DNA from: Longimicrobiales bacterium
GTDB taxonomy: Bacteria; Gemmatimonadota; Gemmatimonadetes; Longimicrobiales; Gaopeijiaceae
Assembly (NCBI GenBank): GCA_963667485.2
Contig: CAXXDD010000001.1
Location: forward strand, 913,773 to 977,772
Length of the DNA stretch: 64,000 nucleotides
Direction of reading: 5' to 3'
The position numbers and the translations under genes are program-made. Numbering within the stretch: the first letter of the stretch is position 1; the number at the start of each line of letters is the position of its first letter. Positions 1 through 8,490 of the stretch are shown here, in pieces. The notes beneath the pieces are model-generated. The model was not told the origin of the DNA. It did not search any database and was given only the letters and a program-made list of their open reading frames with translations.

Positions 1-2
1 GC

Positions 3-626
3 ACGCAGACGATCAACGCACTGCGGGGCCACCTGGCCGAGTACGGCGTTGTGGCTCCGCAGGGCAGGGCCCGGATCCGGCAGCTGGTCGGGGAGCTCGA
101 GGCCGGGGACTGTGGCCTGCCGGGGGCGGTCGTCGAGTTGGGCTGGTTGCTGCTCCGGCAGATCGATGAGCTCGATGAGAAGATCGACGGACTCGGTCGC
201 GAGTTCCGGAAGAGCGCGCGGGCCGACGAGGAGACGGCACGCCTGATGACGATCCCTGGAATCGGGCCGATCACCGCGCTGGCCATCCAAGCTTTCGCCC
301 CACCGATGGAGAGCTTCCGGCGGGGGCGCGACTTCTCGGCTTGGCTCGGCTTGGTGCCGCGGCAACACACGACCGGGGGCAAACCCAGACTTGGCAGGAT
401 ATCAAAGATGGGTCAGCGCGACCTCAGGCGACTCTTGATCACGGGAGCCATGGCGGTTGTCCACCACGAGAGTCGACGCGGCGAGGCATCGGACCCATGG
501 CTGGCCAGGATGTTGGTACGCAAGCCCAAGATGCTGGTAGCGGTGGCGTTGGCCAACAGGACGGCACGGGTCGTCTGGGCGCTGACCACGAAGAAGGAGA
601 TCTACCGGGCTCGCGCCGCCGCCTGA
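3..626 (+). CDS. IS110-family (DEDD) transposase, C-terminal part; the 5' end lies outside the window
   Basis: Frame 3 is open from the window edge. The translation (TIPGIGPITALAIQAFAPP..FSAWLGLVPRQHTTGGKPRLGRISKMGQRDLRRLL) matches the conserved C-terminal domain of IS110/IS1111 transposases. Confidence 0.85.
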   Translation, partial: TQTINALRGHLAEYGVVAPQGRARIRQLVGELEAGDCGLPGAVVELGWLLLRQIDELDEKIDGLGREFRKSARADEETARLMTIPGIGPITALAIQAFAPPMESFRRGRDFSAWLGLVPRQHTTGGKPRLGRISKMGQRDLRRLLITGAMAVVHHESRRGEASDPWLARMLVRKPKMLVAVALANRTARVVWALTTKKEIYRARAAA

Positions 627-634
627 CCGGGCAG

Positions 635-679
635 CGAAAGGAGAGAAGCCGAAAGGAGAGAAGCCGAAAGGAGAGAAGC
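635..679. repeat. Perfect tandem repeat, 3 x 15 nt (cgaaaggagagaagc)
   Basis: Read directly from the sequence. It starts 9 nt after the IS110 transposase stop codon (624-626). Confidence 0.95.
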
Positions 680-1094
680 TGTCGGGAGATGATGTGGGCA
701 GGACGAACGAACGGGTAAGGGCAACGGTCAATGAGACGGGATCGGGAAAACCAGGGTATGTCCGAAGGCTCTCAAGCCTGCGAGGCCGATTTGGACCCGA
801 TCCGCGGATCTCCATACGGGCCAGCAGCCTCAGACACGACAGGCTGCACCAACAGGCCGGATAGACGACAGCACCTGACCACAGGCACCGAGCCGTTCAA
901 AGAAATGCTTGCGTTATCGGGGGCGTCCATAGACGGACATACGACAGTACTTGGCCAACTGCCACCAACTCGGTTCTGAATCCGCGCTTGCCCACTTAGG
1001 GGCGTCCACATACGATCCTGTGGCCCGTATCTACCCCGAGGTGTGCGTGGACCGCCGGGAAAACGGGCTCTGAGCTCTTCGCGGAGGCGGTCGC

Positions 1095-2241
1095 CTATCG
1101 CCGCGTGACGTACTCGCTCCACGCCTGCATGACCTCGGCGCGGCGCTCCAGCAGGTCGGAGCGCTGATACGCCTGAACGACCTGGCTGCGCGGGACGTGG
1201 GCGAGGCAGGCTTCGACGACCTCGGCGGGGACGCCCGACTCGGCCATCCACAACCGCGCGCTCGACCGGAACCCGTGAACCGTCGAAGCGATACCGGCTC
1301 GCCGAAGCACGCGCCCCGGCACGTTCCTCGGCAATACCCCGCCCTTTCTCGACGGAAACACCAGCGACGAGTCGGGAGACAGCGCCCGCGCCCGCTCAAG
1401 CACCGCCAGCGCGCCCGCACTCAACGGGACGGAGAACTCGCGCCCGGCCTTCATCCTCGACGCCGGGATCGTCCACCGCGCCGCCTCCAGGTCAATCTCG
1501 TCCCCACCGCGCCCCGCGCGCCTCTCCGGCCCGCACCGCCGTCAACACGATCATCTCGACGCATACCACCGCCGACGGGTGGATGTACCTGACCCCGCGG
1601 ATCGCCCCGAGCGCGACCGCGACCTCCCGATGCGGAAGCGCGCGGAAATGAGTCGGCGCGTTGCCGTTCGCCCTCGGCAGCGCCACGACCGCCCGGTCCA
1701 CCGGGTTGTCCGGGCGGAGGTTCTTCCCAATGCACCAGCGAAAGACGGCGGAGATCCGGTTGCGGGCCTTCCGCGCGGCGGCGGGCTTCGATGTCCAGAT
1801 CGGCGCGAGGCACGCCAGCACGTCCGCGCTCGTGATCCGGTCCACCGGCTTTTCCAGGAGCGGAGCGGCGTGGAGACGGAATGACGACTCCCACTGCTGG
1901 GGTAATGGGCTCCCCGCCTTCCAACCGTCCCGATGCAACTCGATGGTGCGTTCGACCGCGTCGGCGAACGTCGGGACGCCGCGCCCGCGCGGGTCGCCGC
2001 CGTGGACGACGGCGCGGCTGTTGTCCAGCGCCTTCCGGCGCGCCTCGGCGAGCGTGATTTCGGGATACGGCCCGAGCCCGACCGAAGTCAGCCGTCCCTC
2101 GATCCAAAGTCGCTGGCGCCACGTTTTGCTGATGCGGCCGGTCTTCGTCCGGTGCACCCGGAGGCTTAGTCCCCGCCCGCCTCGCCCGTCGCCGTAGACG
2201 CCCGGACGGTTGACCGTGCGCACGAAGGCGGCCATCAGCAC
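1095..2241 (-). pseudogene. P4-type tyrosine integrase, split by a frameshift near 1454-1495
   Basis: ORF 1492..2241 encodes the N-terminal and core-binding part (YGDGRGG.GLSLRV, LGPYPEITLAEARRKA). ORF 1095..1454 encodes the catalytic C-terminus (HGFRSS, AYQRSD Tyr) in another frame. The expected linker EIDLEAARWTIPASRMKAGREF is readable across the junction. Confidence 0.8.
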
Positions 2242-2370
2242 AGGGTCCCCGCGTTTGCGGGGTTTCGGAGGAGGTAGATGTGTTTACGTTTTCACGAAAA
2301 CCTCTGGCCCGGGGGGTATCCCCCGGACCCCCGCAACGACATTCCGCGCGCCACAAGGAGGCCGCGCGAC

Positions 2371-2620
2371 ATGGTCCGTCCCCGGAAGCCCGAGGCCGAA
2401 CGCAGGAGCCGCACGATCGGCGTGCGCGTCACGACCGCGGAGGCCGCGGAGATCGCCGAGCGAGCCGGAGCGGCCCGCATGACGAAGGGCGGCTAAATGC
2501 GCCGCAGGGCGCTGGGGCAGCCGGTCCGCGAGGCAGCGTTCACCGTCTCGGCGCCAGGGAACGGGTCGACTCCACCGGGCATCGGCGTGAACCTGAACCA
2601 GATCGCCCGCGCCCTAGCCT
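2371..2620 (+). pseudogene. MobC-like relaxosome accessory protein remnant with an in-frame TAA (2494-2496) and a lost C-terminus
   Basis: AAGGAG lies 10 nt upstream of ATG 2371. The translation has RSRTIGVRVTTAEAAEIAERA (RHH-like) and, after the TAA in the same frame, RRRALGQP....GVNLNQIARAL (the MobC NLNQIAR motif). Downstream sequence no longer resembles MobC. The 3' boundary is approximate. Confidence 0.6.
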
Positions 2621-2748
2621 GGCTTGCCTTCGGTCCGCACGGCAGGGTCGGCATCCGGGATGTCGTGGCCGGTAGCGTACGGTGGGCCGTGAGCTCTAGA
2701 TTCTGGTTCGTAGCAATTCGGCAGTCGAACACCCGAGGGGACGATACC

Positions 2749-3888
2749 ATGATCCAGAGATTCTACGCGGACAACTTCCGCTGTCTCGTGAACTTCGAAC
2801 TGAAGCTCGACGAGCTGAATGTCTTCTTGGGCTTGAATGGCACCGGCAAGAGCTCGGTGTTCGACGTGCTGCTGAAGATTCAGAGCCTCGTCTACCGAGG
2901 CAGAAGGGTCGACGAGGTCTTCCGGCGAAGGGACCTATCACAGCTTTACGCCGGCAACCACCAGGACAGCCCCGGCGACCACGAGGATGGTGGCGTGCGG
3001 CAGAAGCTCGAACTTGATCTCGACATCGCGGGTCACTCGTACCACTACCGGTTGAGCATCGGCCACCGCGAACCCAGGCTAATGCGAATTGACGAGGAAG
3101 TCCTTCTGTGCGACAAGAGACCCCTCTTCGAGTTCCGAATCGGCGAGGCTCAGCTCTACCGGGATGACGGGAGTCAAGGACCGAAGTACCCGTTCGATTG
3201 GACGCAATCTGGACTCGCTGCCCTGCATGAGCGGCACGACAACAAGAAACTGTCTCGCTTCAAGAGGGAGTTGGCGATGTGGACCATCGTCCAACCTTGC
3301 CCGCCGATCTTCGAGGAGGAAGCCAGGACGGAAGACGAGCTTCTGACACAGGCTATGACCAATTTTGTCGCGTGGTACCGCAGGGTCTCCCCTGAGCGGC
3401 TGGGCGCTGCCGTGGACTTACTGGGTGATCTCCGTGACGTGCTTCCCTCATTTGAGTCACTGAGTCTCATCGCCACTGGTGAAAATGCTCGTGCATTGGA
3501 GGCTGTGTTCAAGCGGCCTCACAAGCGTTCGCGGTACCGGCTCGGGCAGTTGTCGGACGGGCAGCGGGCGTTGATCGCCCTGTATTGCCTACTGCGATTC
3601 TGCGACGGAGGGGCGGCGAGGGCGTCGCTGTTCGTCGATGAGCCCGACAACTACATCTCGCTGCGTGAAGTGCAGCCGTGGGTCGTGGCGCTCTCCGAAG
3701 CCTTGGGAGACACTCTCGAACAGGCTGTCATCATCTCCCATCACCCCGTGACAATCGACTACCTGGGCGGGAAGGCCAAGTGGTTCTTCCGGGATGACGA
3801 CGGACTGGCGCGGGTGAAGTACGAACCACCTTCGTCGGTGGGGCCGGCATCCTATTCCGAAGTGGTCGCACGGGGTTGGGAGCGGTGA
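2749..3888 (+). CDS. ABC/SMC-like AAA ATPase (AAA_21/COG4637-like), first gene of a two-gene module
   Basis: Start is at MIQRFYADNFRCL. It has Walker A GLNGTGKSS, a signature-like LSDGQRALIAL, Walker B LFVDEPDNYIS and an H-loop ISHHP. The annotated ORF start (2497) is upstream MobC remnant read in the same frame. Confidence 0.8.
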   Translation: MIQRFYADNFRCLVNFELKLDELNVFLGLNGTGKSSVFDVLLKIQSLVYRGRRVDEVFRRRDLSQLYAGNHQDSPGDHEDGGVRQKLELDLDIAGHSYHYRLSIGHREPRLMRIDEEVLLCDKRPLFEFRIGEAQLYRDDGSQGPKYPFDWTQSGLAALHERHDNKKLSRFKRELAMWTIVQPCPPIFEEEARTEDELLTQAMTNFVAWYRRVSPERLGAAVDLLGDLRDVLPSFESLSLIATGENARALEAVFKRPHKRSRYRLGQLSDGQRALIALYCLLRFCDGGAARASLFVDEPDNYISLREVQPWVVALSEALGDTLEQAVIISHHPVTIDYLGGKAKWFFRDDDGLARVKYEPPSSVGPASYSEVVARGWER

Positions 3889-4433
3889 GCACGAGCGTGG
3901 TCCTGCTCTGTGAGGACTTGCAGACGGACATGTTCCTCCGTCGCTTCCTCCGTCGCCGGTTTGGACGCGGGTTCCGTCACCGGATTCACAGTGTTCCGTT
4001 TGCGGCTGGGAGTGGATCCGGTGAGCAGCGCGTGCGTGAGCAGTTCCCCGACCAGTTGGAGCTGATTCGGGGCCGGCGCGGGGTTGTCCTGATCGCGGTC
4101 ACAGATGCGGACAAGGAATCGACGGCAGCTCGTCGAATGCAGCTTCAACAGCAGTGCGCGGTACGGGGCATCGTGGCTCTTCGAGCTTCGGATCCGGTTC
4201 TCGTTGTGGTTCCGCGCCGCAGTATCGAGACGTGGTTCCAATACCTGAGCGGCCACGAGTTCGACGAGACGACCCGCTATCGGCACCTCCGGCGTGAAGC
4301 CGATTGCCAGCCACTGGCCGACCGGCTGTTCCACATGTGCCACAAGCAACAGAAGCTCGCGGAGCCGGCCCCGGCCTCGCTGGTGGAGGCGTGCGAGGCA
4401 TACCCGAGGCTGAAGCGCCTACTCAAACGTTGA
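3885..4433 (+). CDS. Toprim-like small protein (DUF4276/RloB-like), coupled to the ATPase
   Basis: A GTG start overlaps the ATPase TGA (GTGA); TTG 3876 is the alternative start. Motifs are VVLLCEDLQTD (Toprim Glu), IAVTDADKE (DxD) and VVVVPRRSIETWFQYL. Confidence 0.6.
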   Translation: MSTSVVLLCEDLQTDMFLRRFLRRRFGRGFRHRIHSVPFAAGSGSGEQRVREQFPDQLELIRGRRGVVLIAVTDADKESTAARRMQLQQQCAVRGIVALRASDPVLVVVPRRSIETWFQYLSGHEFDETTRYRHLRREADCQPLADRLFHMCHKQQKLAEPAPASLVEACEAYPRLKRLLKR

Positions 4434-4641
4434 TTGGATCGTAAGAGCGGCCACCTGGATGTAGATCCCACCCTTCGTTCGGCAGGCCCCGCCCCGCCCG
4501 ATCATCGACTGCTAGGTCATCTGCACCTGCCTACGATCGCTGAACTACCTGCGGCCGCCTGTGCCCTGCGATCCATGGGCATAGGACACCCGCTCCGGCG
4601 GGACACACCAATCCGGCGGGCTCACTGTGCCTTTCGTGCGG

Positions 4642-5430
4642 TCAGGAATGGCGCTGGGCGAGGAAAGCGCAAAGTGAGCCGGCGACGGACACGATCAGCT
4701 CGGCCTCTGTGGCGTCGATGGTCTGCTGTTCACGAATGTGGCGTCCCCGGTCGGACGCGTAGCCCCAGAGCTTATGGACCGCTTGATTGAGCGGTGCAGG
4801 CAAGCTCAGCCTGCTGACGAGCTTGCCGAGTGTCGGATTTGGCTGCCCGGTCACTTCGCGAGCAGTCGCTTCAAGCGCCGCCATGGCGTGCTGGATGGCG
4901 CCGGTAGAATCCGGGACAGGGCGCCGCGAAATGTCCCCCAAGGCTTCCCGCAGTTCGTTCGCTGCCGTTTGGAAGCCTGACTCCTTCAAGATACGAGGCG
5001 TGTCCTGGGTGCTCTTGACGAACGATTCAGAGCCCCTGTGGACGATCTTTCCATCGCAGAGCTCCCAACCGATTCCGTTTTCGACCAAGAACTCGTTCAA
5101 GCGACGAGCGAAGTTCGCAGTGACACTCGTACCGTAAATGCGGATACGAGCGTACAGGGATTCTGCGATATCGTAGACCCTGTACCACGGGGCGTACATC
5201 AAGTCCCGGTGAACCTCATCCCAGATGTTCGGGTATTCAGACCAGTTGTTGGAGTCAGGCGTCACCAACAAGACTTGGCATACCACATCGCGCATGCTGG
5301 ATGGGTTCATCCCTGCTTCCTGCGCGAGGATCAAAATGGCACCCCGCAACTCCGGTGGCGCTTCCTCGCGGACAGTGATCGGAGCGGCGGGTGGCCGGTA
5401 GCCCTCCCGGTCCGAGAAGCGTTCAGTCAT
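4642..5430 (-). CDS. AbiJ-NTD4-type N-terminal domain protein with a HEPN-like C-terminus
   Basis: The N-terminus MTERFSDREGYRPP...PPELRGAIL resembles the AbiJ N-terminal domain 4 signature (FS.R.GY). The C-terminus has TGAIQHAMAALEATARE...KLWGYASDRGRHIRE. Its ATG overlaps the hsdM stop by 8 nt (ATGACTGA). Confidence 0.6.
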   Translation of the reverse strand: MTERFSDREGYRPPAAPITVREEAPPELRGAILILAQEAGMNPSSMRDVVCQVLLVTPDSNNWSEYPNIWDEVHRDLMYAPWYRVYDIAESLYARIRIYGTSVTANFARRLNEFLVENGIGWELCDGKIVHRGSESFVKSTQDTPRILKESGFQTAANELREALGDISRRPVPDSTGAIQHAMAALEATAREVTGQPNPTLGKLVSRLSLPAPLNQAVHKLWGYASDRGRHIREQQTIDATEAELIVSVAGSLCAFLAQRHS

Positions 5431-6973
5431 GGGTTGCCTTCTCCTGTTGTTCCGGCGGGAGCCCAGTTCCTGGCATACCATTTCCTGCGGTTTCAAGCTC
5501 CCCTGCAACCGCCTGAAACGCCTCCAGCGCCGCCTCCAGGTCCTCCACTATCTCCGCCGCCAGCACCTCGGGCTCGGGCAGGTTCTCGCTGTCCTCAAGC
5601 GCGCTGTCCTTGAGCCAAAGCAAGTCCAGGTTCAGCTTTTCGCGCTTGGCCAGTTCGTCATACTCGAACGCCCGCCAGCGGCCGCCCTCGTGCTCCGCGC
5701 TCCACGTCGCCTCCCTCCTGTGGCGTTCCCCCGGCCGGTAGCAGGTAACGAAGTCGTCCAGGTCGGCGCGCCGGAGCGGCTTCATCTTGAGCGTGAAGTG
5801 CTTGTTGGTCCGCAGGTCGTAGACCCACAGCCGCTCCGTCCACGGCTTCTCTCGCGCGGGCTTCGCGTCGAAGAACAGGACGTTCGCCTTCACCCCCTGA
5901 GCGTAGAAGATCCCGGTCGGGAGCCGGAGAAGCGTGTGCACGTCGAACGCTTGGAGCAGGTTCCGCCGCACCGTCTCGCCCGCGCCGCCCTCGAACAGGA
6001 CGTTGTCGGGAACCACAATGGCGCAGGTGCCGTGCGGCCGGAGAAGCGTCTTCACGTGCTGGAGGAAGTTGAGTTGCTTGTTCTTGGTGCTCGTCCAGAA
6101 GTCCTGACGCTCGTAGGTGTCGGACTCCGTCTCCAGTTCGCCCTCCTCGTTCACGATCCGGACGCTGCTCTTCTTGCCGAACGGCGGGTTGGTGAGCACC
6201 ATCGAGAAACGCTCTCCGGGGTCGTTCGCCAAGCTGTCCACTCCCGACCGGATCGGGGGCTCGTCCGGGGCGACTCCGTGCAGGTACAGGTTCATGATGC
6301 AGAGCCGGGCGGTCGCGGGCACGATCTCCCAGCCGTGTACGAAGCTCGTCCGCAGGTGCGCCTTCTGGTCGGGGTCCAGCGTGCTCCCGTGCTCGCGGAC
6401 CACATGATCGTGTGCGGCGAGCAGGAAGCCGCCCGTGCCGCAGGCGGGATCGCACACGGTGTCGTCCGGCCCCGGACGAACGCAGTCCACGACGGCCTTG
6501 ATGAGTTCGCGGGGCGTGAAGTACTGGCCCGCGCCCTTCGGCGACTCCTGGGCCGACTTGGCCAGCAGGCCCTCGTAGATGTCGCCCTTCACGTCCGCGC
6601 GCATCGACATCCAGTCCTCGGGGTCGATCAGGTCGACGATCAGGCGCTTCAGCGTCGCCGGGTTCTGTATCTCCTGACGGGCCTTCTTGAAGATCTCGCC
6701 GAGCATCCCGCCCCGCTTGGGAAGCTCCGTCAGGATGCTTCGGTAATGCGTTTCAAGCTCCTCACCATCGCGGGCGAGGAGGCTCGGCCAGTCGAGTCCC
6801 TCCGGCACGATGGGAGGCCGGTTCCACGGCGGCTGGGTCCTCTGGTGCGCCATCTTCAGGAACAGCAGGAATGTGATCTGTTCCGTGTAGGCCATGTAGG
6901 ACAGGCCATCGTCGCGGAGCAGGTGCGCGAAGCTCCACGCCTTGTTGACGATCTGCCGGGTGTCGTTCGGCAT
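5423..6973 (-). CDS. hsdM: Type I restriction-modification system, N6-adenine DNA methyltransferase subunit
   Basis: It has an HsdM N-terminal domain (IVNKAWSFAHLLRDDGLSYMAYTEQITFLLFLKM), an AdoMet motif DPACGTGGF and the catalytic LTNPPFGKK. Confidence 0.93.
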   Translation of the reverse strand: MPNDTRQIVNKAWSFAHLLRDDGLSYMAYTEQITFLLFLKMAHQRTQPPWNRPPIVPEGLDWPSLLARDGEELETHYRSILTELPKRGGMLGEIFKKARQEIQNPATLKRLIVDLIDPEDWMSMRADVKGDIYEGLLAKSAQESPKGAGQYFTPRELIKAVVDCVRPGPDDTVCDPACGTGGFLLAAHDHVVREHGSTLDPDQKAHLRTSFVHGWEIVPATARLCIMNLYLHGVAPDEPPIRSGVDSLANDPGERFSMVLTNPPFGKKSSVRIVNEEGELETESDTYERQDFWTSTKNKQLNFLQHVKTLLRPHGTCAIVVPDNVLFEGGAGETVRRNLLQAFDVHTLLRLPTGIFYAQGVKANVLFFDAKPAREKPWTERLWVYDLRTNKHFTLKMKPLRRADLDDFVTCYRPGERHRREATWSAEHEGGRWRAFEYDELAKREKLNLDLLWLKDSALEDSENLPEPEVLAAEIVEDLEAALEAFQAVAGELETAGNGMPGTGLPPEQQEKATHD

Positions 6974-8490
6974 CAGGGGATTCGGCTCTTGAGTTGGAGT
7001 CTCGGCTTCGCCGGGCGGCGCTTTCTCCGCTTCCGTTCCGATTTCCGCTCGGCCCGGATGCGCTCCAGCAGGACGGACGCAGGTTCGTCGGTGGGATCCT
7101 GCGGTACCAGCCGGCCCTCGAACGCGCGCTTCAGGATGGACTGGCGGAGGGCAGTCGTTTGGTGCAGCAGATCGGCGATCGCGCCGGTCGAGCGCATGAC
7201 CGCATCGCTCGCGTCATCAGATCGGCGAATGATCTCGCCCAGCTCCGCCTCCGGGGGCAACGGGAACGGAAAACCGCGCAGCTTCGTCCCGTTCACGTTT
7301 GCTTGACCAACCTGCTGGGAGACCACTGAGGCGATCCATGCTCGTCCCCAAGATGAATTCAAAGCGTTGGCCACAACCGGAGACAGTCGCGCGCGCAGAA
7401 TCCTCACGCTGATGAGATAGGACGCGAAAGAACACGGATCTGGACGACCTCTGTAGACTGCCGTCTTACCCACCAGTTCGGCGCTATTCGTGCGATTGAA
7501 TAGCAGATCACCGTCCCTGAGCAGGAGCTTCGGAAACTCACGGTGATCGAATGGAAGGTACTTGAGATCTTGGAGATCGAGTGCGCCTTGCTGGATGTTC
7601 CCCATGCGCAGCACCGGTACGCCTTCTGGCTCTGGGGAAGTCTTCGCCGAAGATCCGTATTGCACGGTCAGGCTCACCTGATCCACCGTCGCCCAGCACC
7701 ACCCTTCCGGCAGTTCCGGCAACCCGCTCGCGTCCGGTGCCACCGGCTCCTTGTACTTCGCCTTCCAGTTGCGCGGCGGTTTCCTCCCCTGCGCCTCGAA
7801 CTTTGCGAGTTGCTCCGCCTCCCAGCGCTTCCGCCGTTCGGCCAGGATGCGGCGAAGCAGTTGCTCGCCGGTCTCCTCGGGCGGATTTTCTTTCCTCCAC
7901 TGTTCGGTCAGCCTGCCCTCGACCGCCGACTTGAGGACGGAAGCCCGGTAGCGCTCCAGATTGGCCTCCGCCCGCTTCAGCGCGGCGACGCCCTCGTCCA
8001 GTTCGGCGAACAAGGACTCTATCCTGGCGACGATTCGACGCTGCTCAGGAAGGGGGGCAAGCCCGAAGCGATACTTGCCAAGCCGCTGGGCGGAAACGCG
8101 AGGCAGGTTGACACCAGCCGAGTTGGCACTCGCATACGCGACGAGATCGCTGGACGACAACAGGTGCATCAGGAGCGCGTTTGCCAACGCGGAAGACTCC
8201 TTGAACACGAGGAACTCGGTCGAGCCGACGCCGGACTCGTGGGGGCGGACCACCTTGTTCAGGTAAGGCCGCAGTCGTCCGTACAGCACGTCGCCGGAGG
8301 AAAACGCGGCGACGGTGCTCTTCACTCCTTCGGAGCATCGGTGGCCGGTGATTCGGTTGGTACCGCTCGCGACATGTTCGAGGCCGATGTACTTGGTCGG
8401 GCCTATCGCCGCGGGCCGTACTCGGGCTCGTGACTCGCGCCACACCTCACCCAACTCCACCTCCGCCCAACCCGTCGGCAACGCGCTCAT
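6973..8490 (-). CDS. hsdS: Type I restriction-modification system, specificity subunit
   Basis: There are two target-recognition domains separated by coiled-coil conserved regions (LPEQRRIVARIESLFAELD; ALRQSILKRAFEGRLV). ATGA overlaps occur at both ends, with the hsdR stop and the hsdM start. Confidence 0.9.
   Translation of the reverse strand: MSALPTGWAEVELGEVWRESRARVRPAAIGPTKYIGLEHVASGTNRITGHRCSEGVKSTVAAFSSGDVLYGRLRPYLNKVVRPHESGVGSTEFLVFKESSALANALLMHLLSSSDLVAYASANSAGVNLPRVSAQRLGKYRFGLAPLPEQRRIVARIESLFAELDEGVAALKRAEANLERYRASVLKSAVEGRLTEQWRKENPPEETGEQLLRRILAERRKRWEAEQLAKFEAQGRKPPRNWKAKYKEPVAPDASGLPELPEGWCWATVDQVSLTVQYGSSAKTSPEPEGVPVLRMGNIQQGALDLQDLKYLPFDHREFPKLLLRDGDLLFNRTNSAELVGKTAVYRGRPDPCSFASYLISVRILRARLSPVVANALNSSWGRAWIASVVSQQVGQANVNGTKLRGFPFPLPPEAELGEIIRRSDDASDAVMRSTGAIADLLHQTTALRQSILKRAFEGRLVPQDPTDEPASVLLERIRAERKSERKRRKRRPAKPRLQLKSRIP

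Noticed and set aside
960-1000. A tRNA-like 3' end (ggttctgaatccgcgcttgcccac) that could mark a tRNA-derived att site next to the P4-type integrase.
   Set aside because: The T-arm cannot be paired (ctcgg / tccgc are not complementary), the loop has an extra base, and no acceptor or anticodon arms can be drawn upstream. I found no intact tRNA gene by eye anywhere in the window.
1101-1113. ccgcgtgacgtac, an 11/13 match to the left part of the att core (ccgcatgacgtaa), as a possible left att copy.
   Set aside because: It lies inside the coding 3' end of the P4-type integrase (EYVTRR-stop), lacks the second half of the palindrome, and an 11/13 match in G+C-rich DNA is weak.
2497-2748. An N-terminal 84-aa extension of the ATPase ORF (track start 2497).
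   Set aside because: This stretch carries the MobC NLNQIAR motif and continues the MobC-like frame after a TAA. The ATPase homology begins at MIQRFYADNF (2749).
5429-7306. A 625-aa plus-strand ORF antisense to hsdM. Similar long shadow ORFs occur at 21413-23062, 27793-29088, 30894-32678, 33446-35863, 38159-39403, 43463-44410, 44500-46281 and 55131-56963.
   Set aside because: Each lies opposite to, or out of frame with, a gene that has unambiguous family motifs. Their translations are low-complexity Arg/Pro/Gly/Ala-rich, as expected for stop-poor alternative frames in high-G+C DNA.
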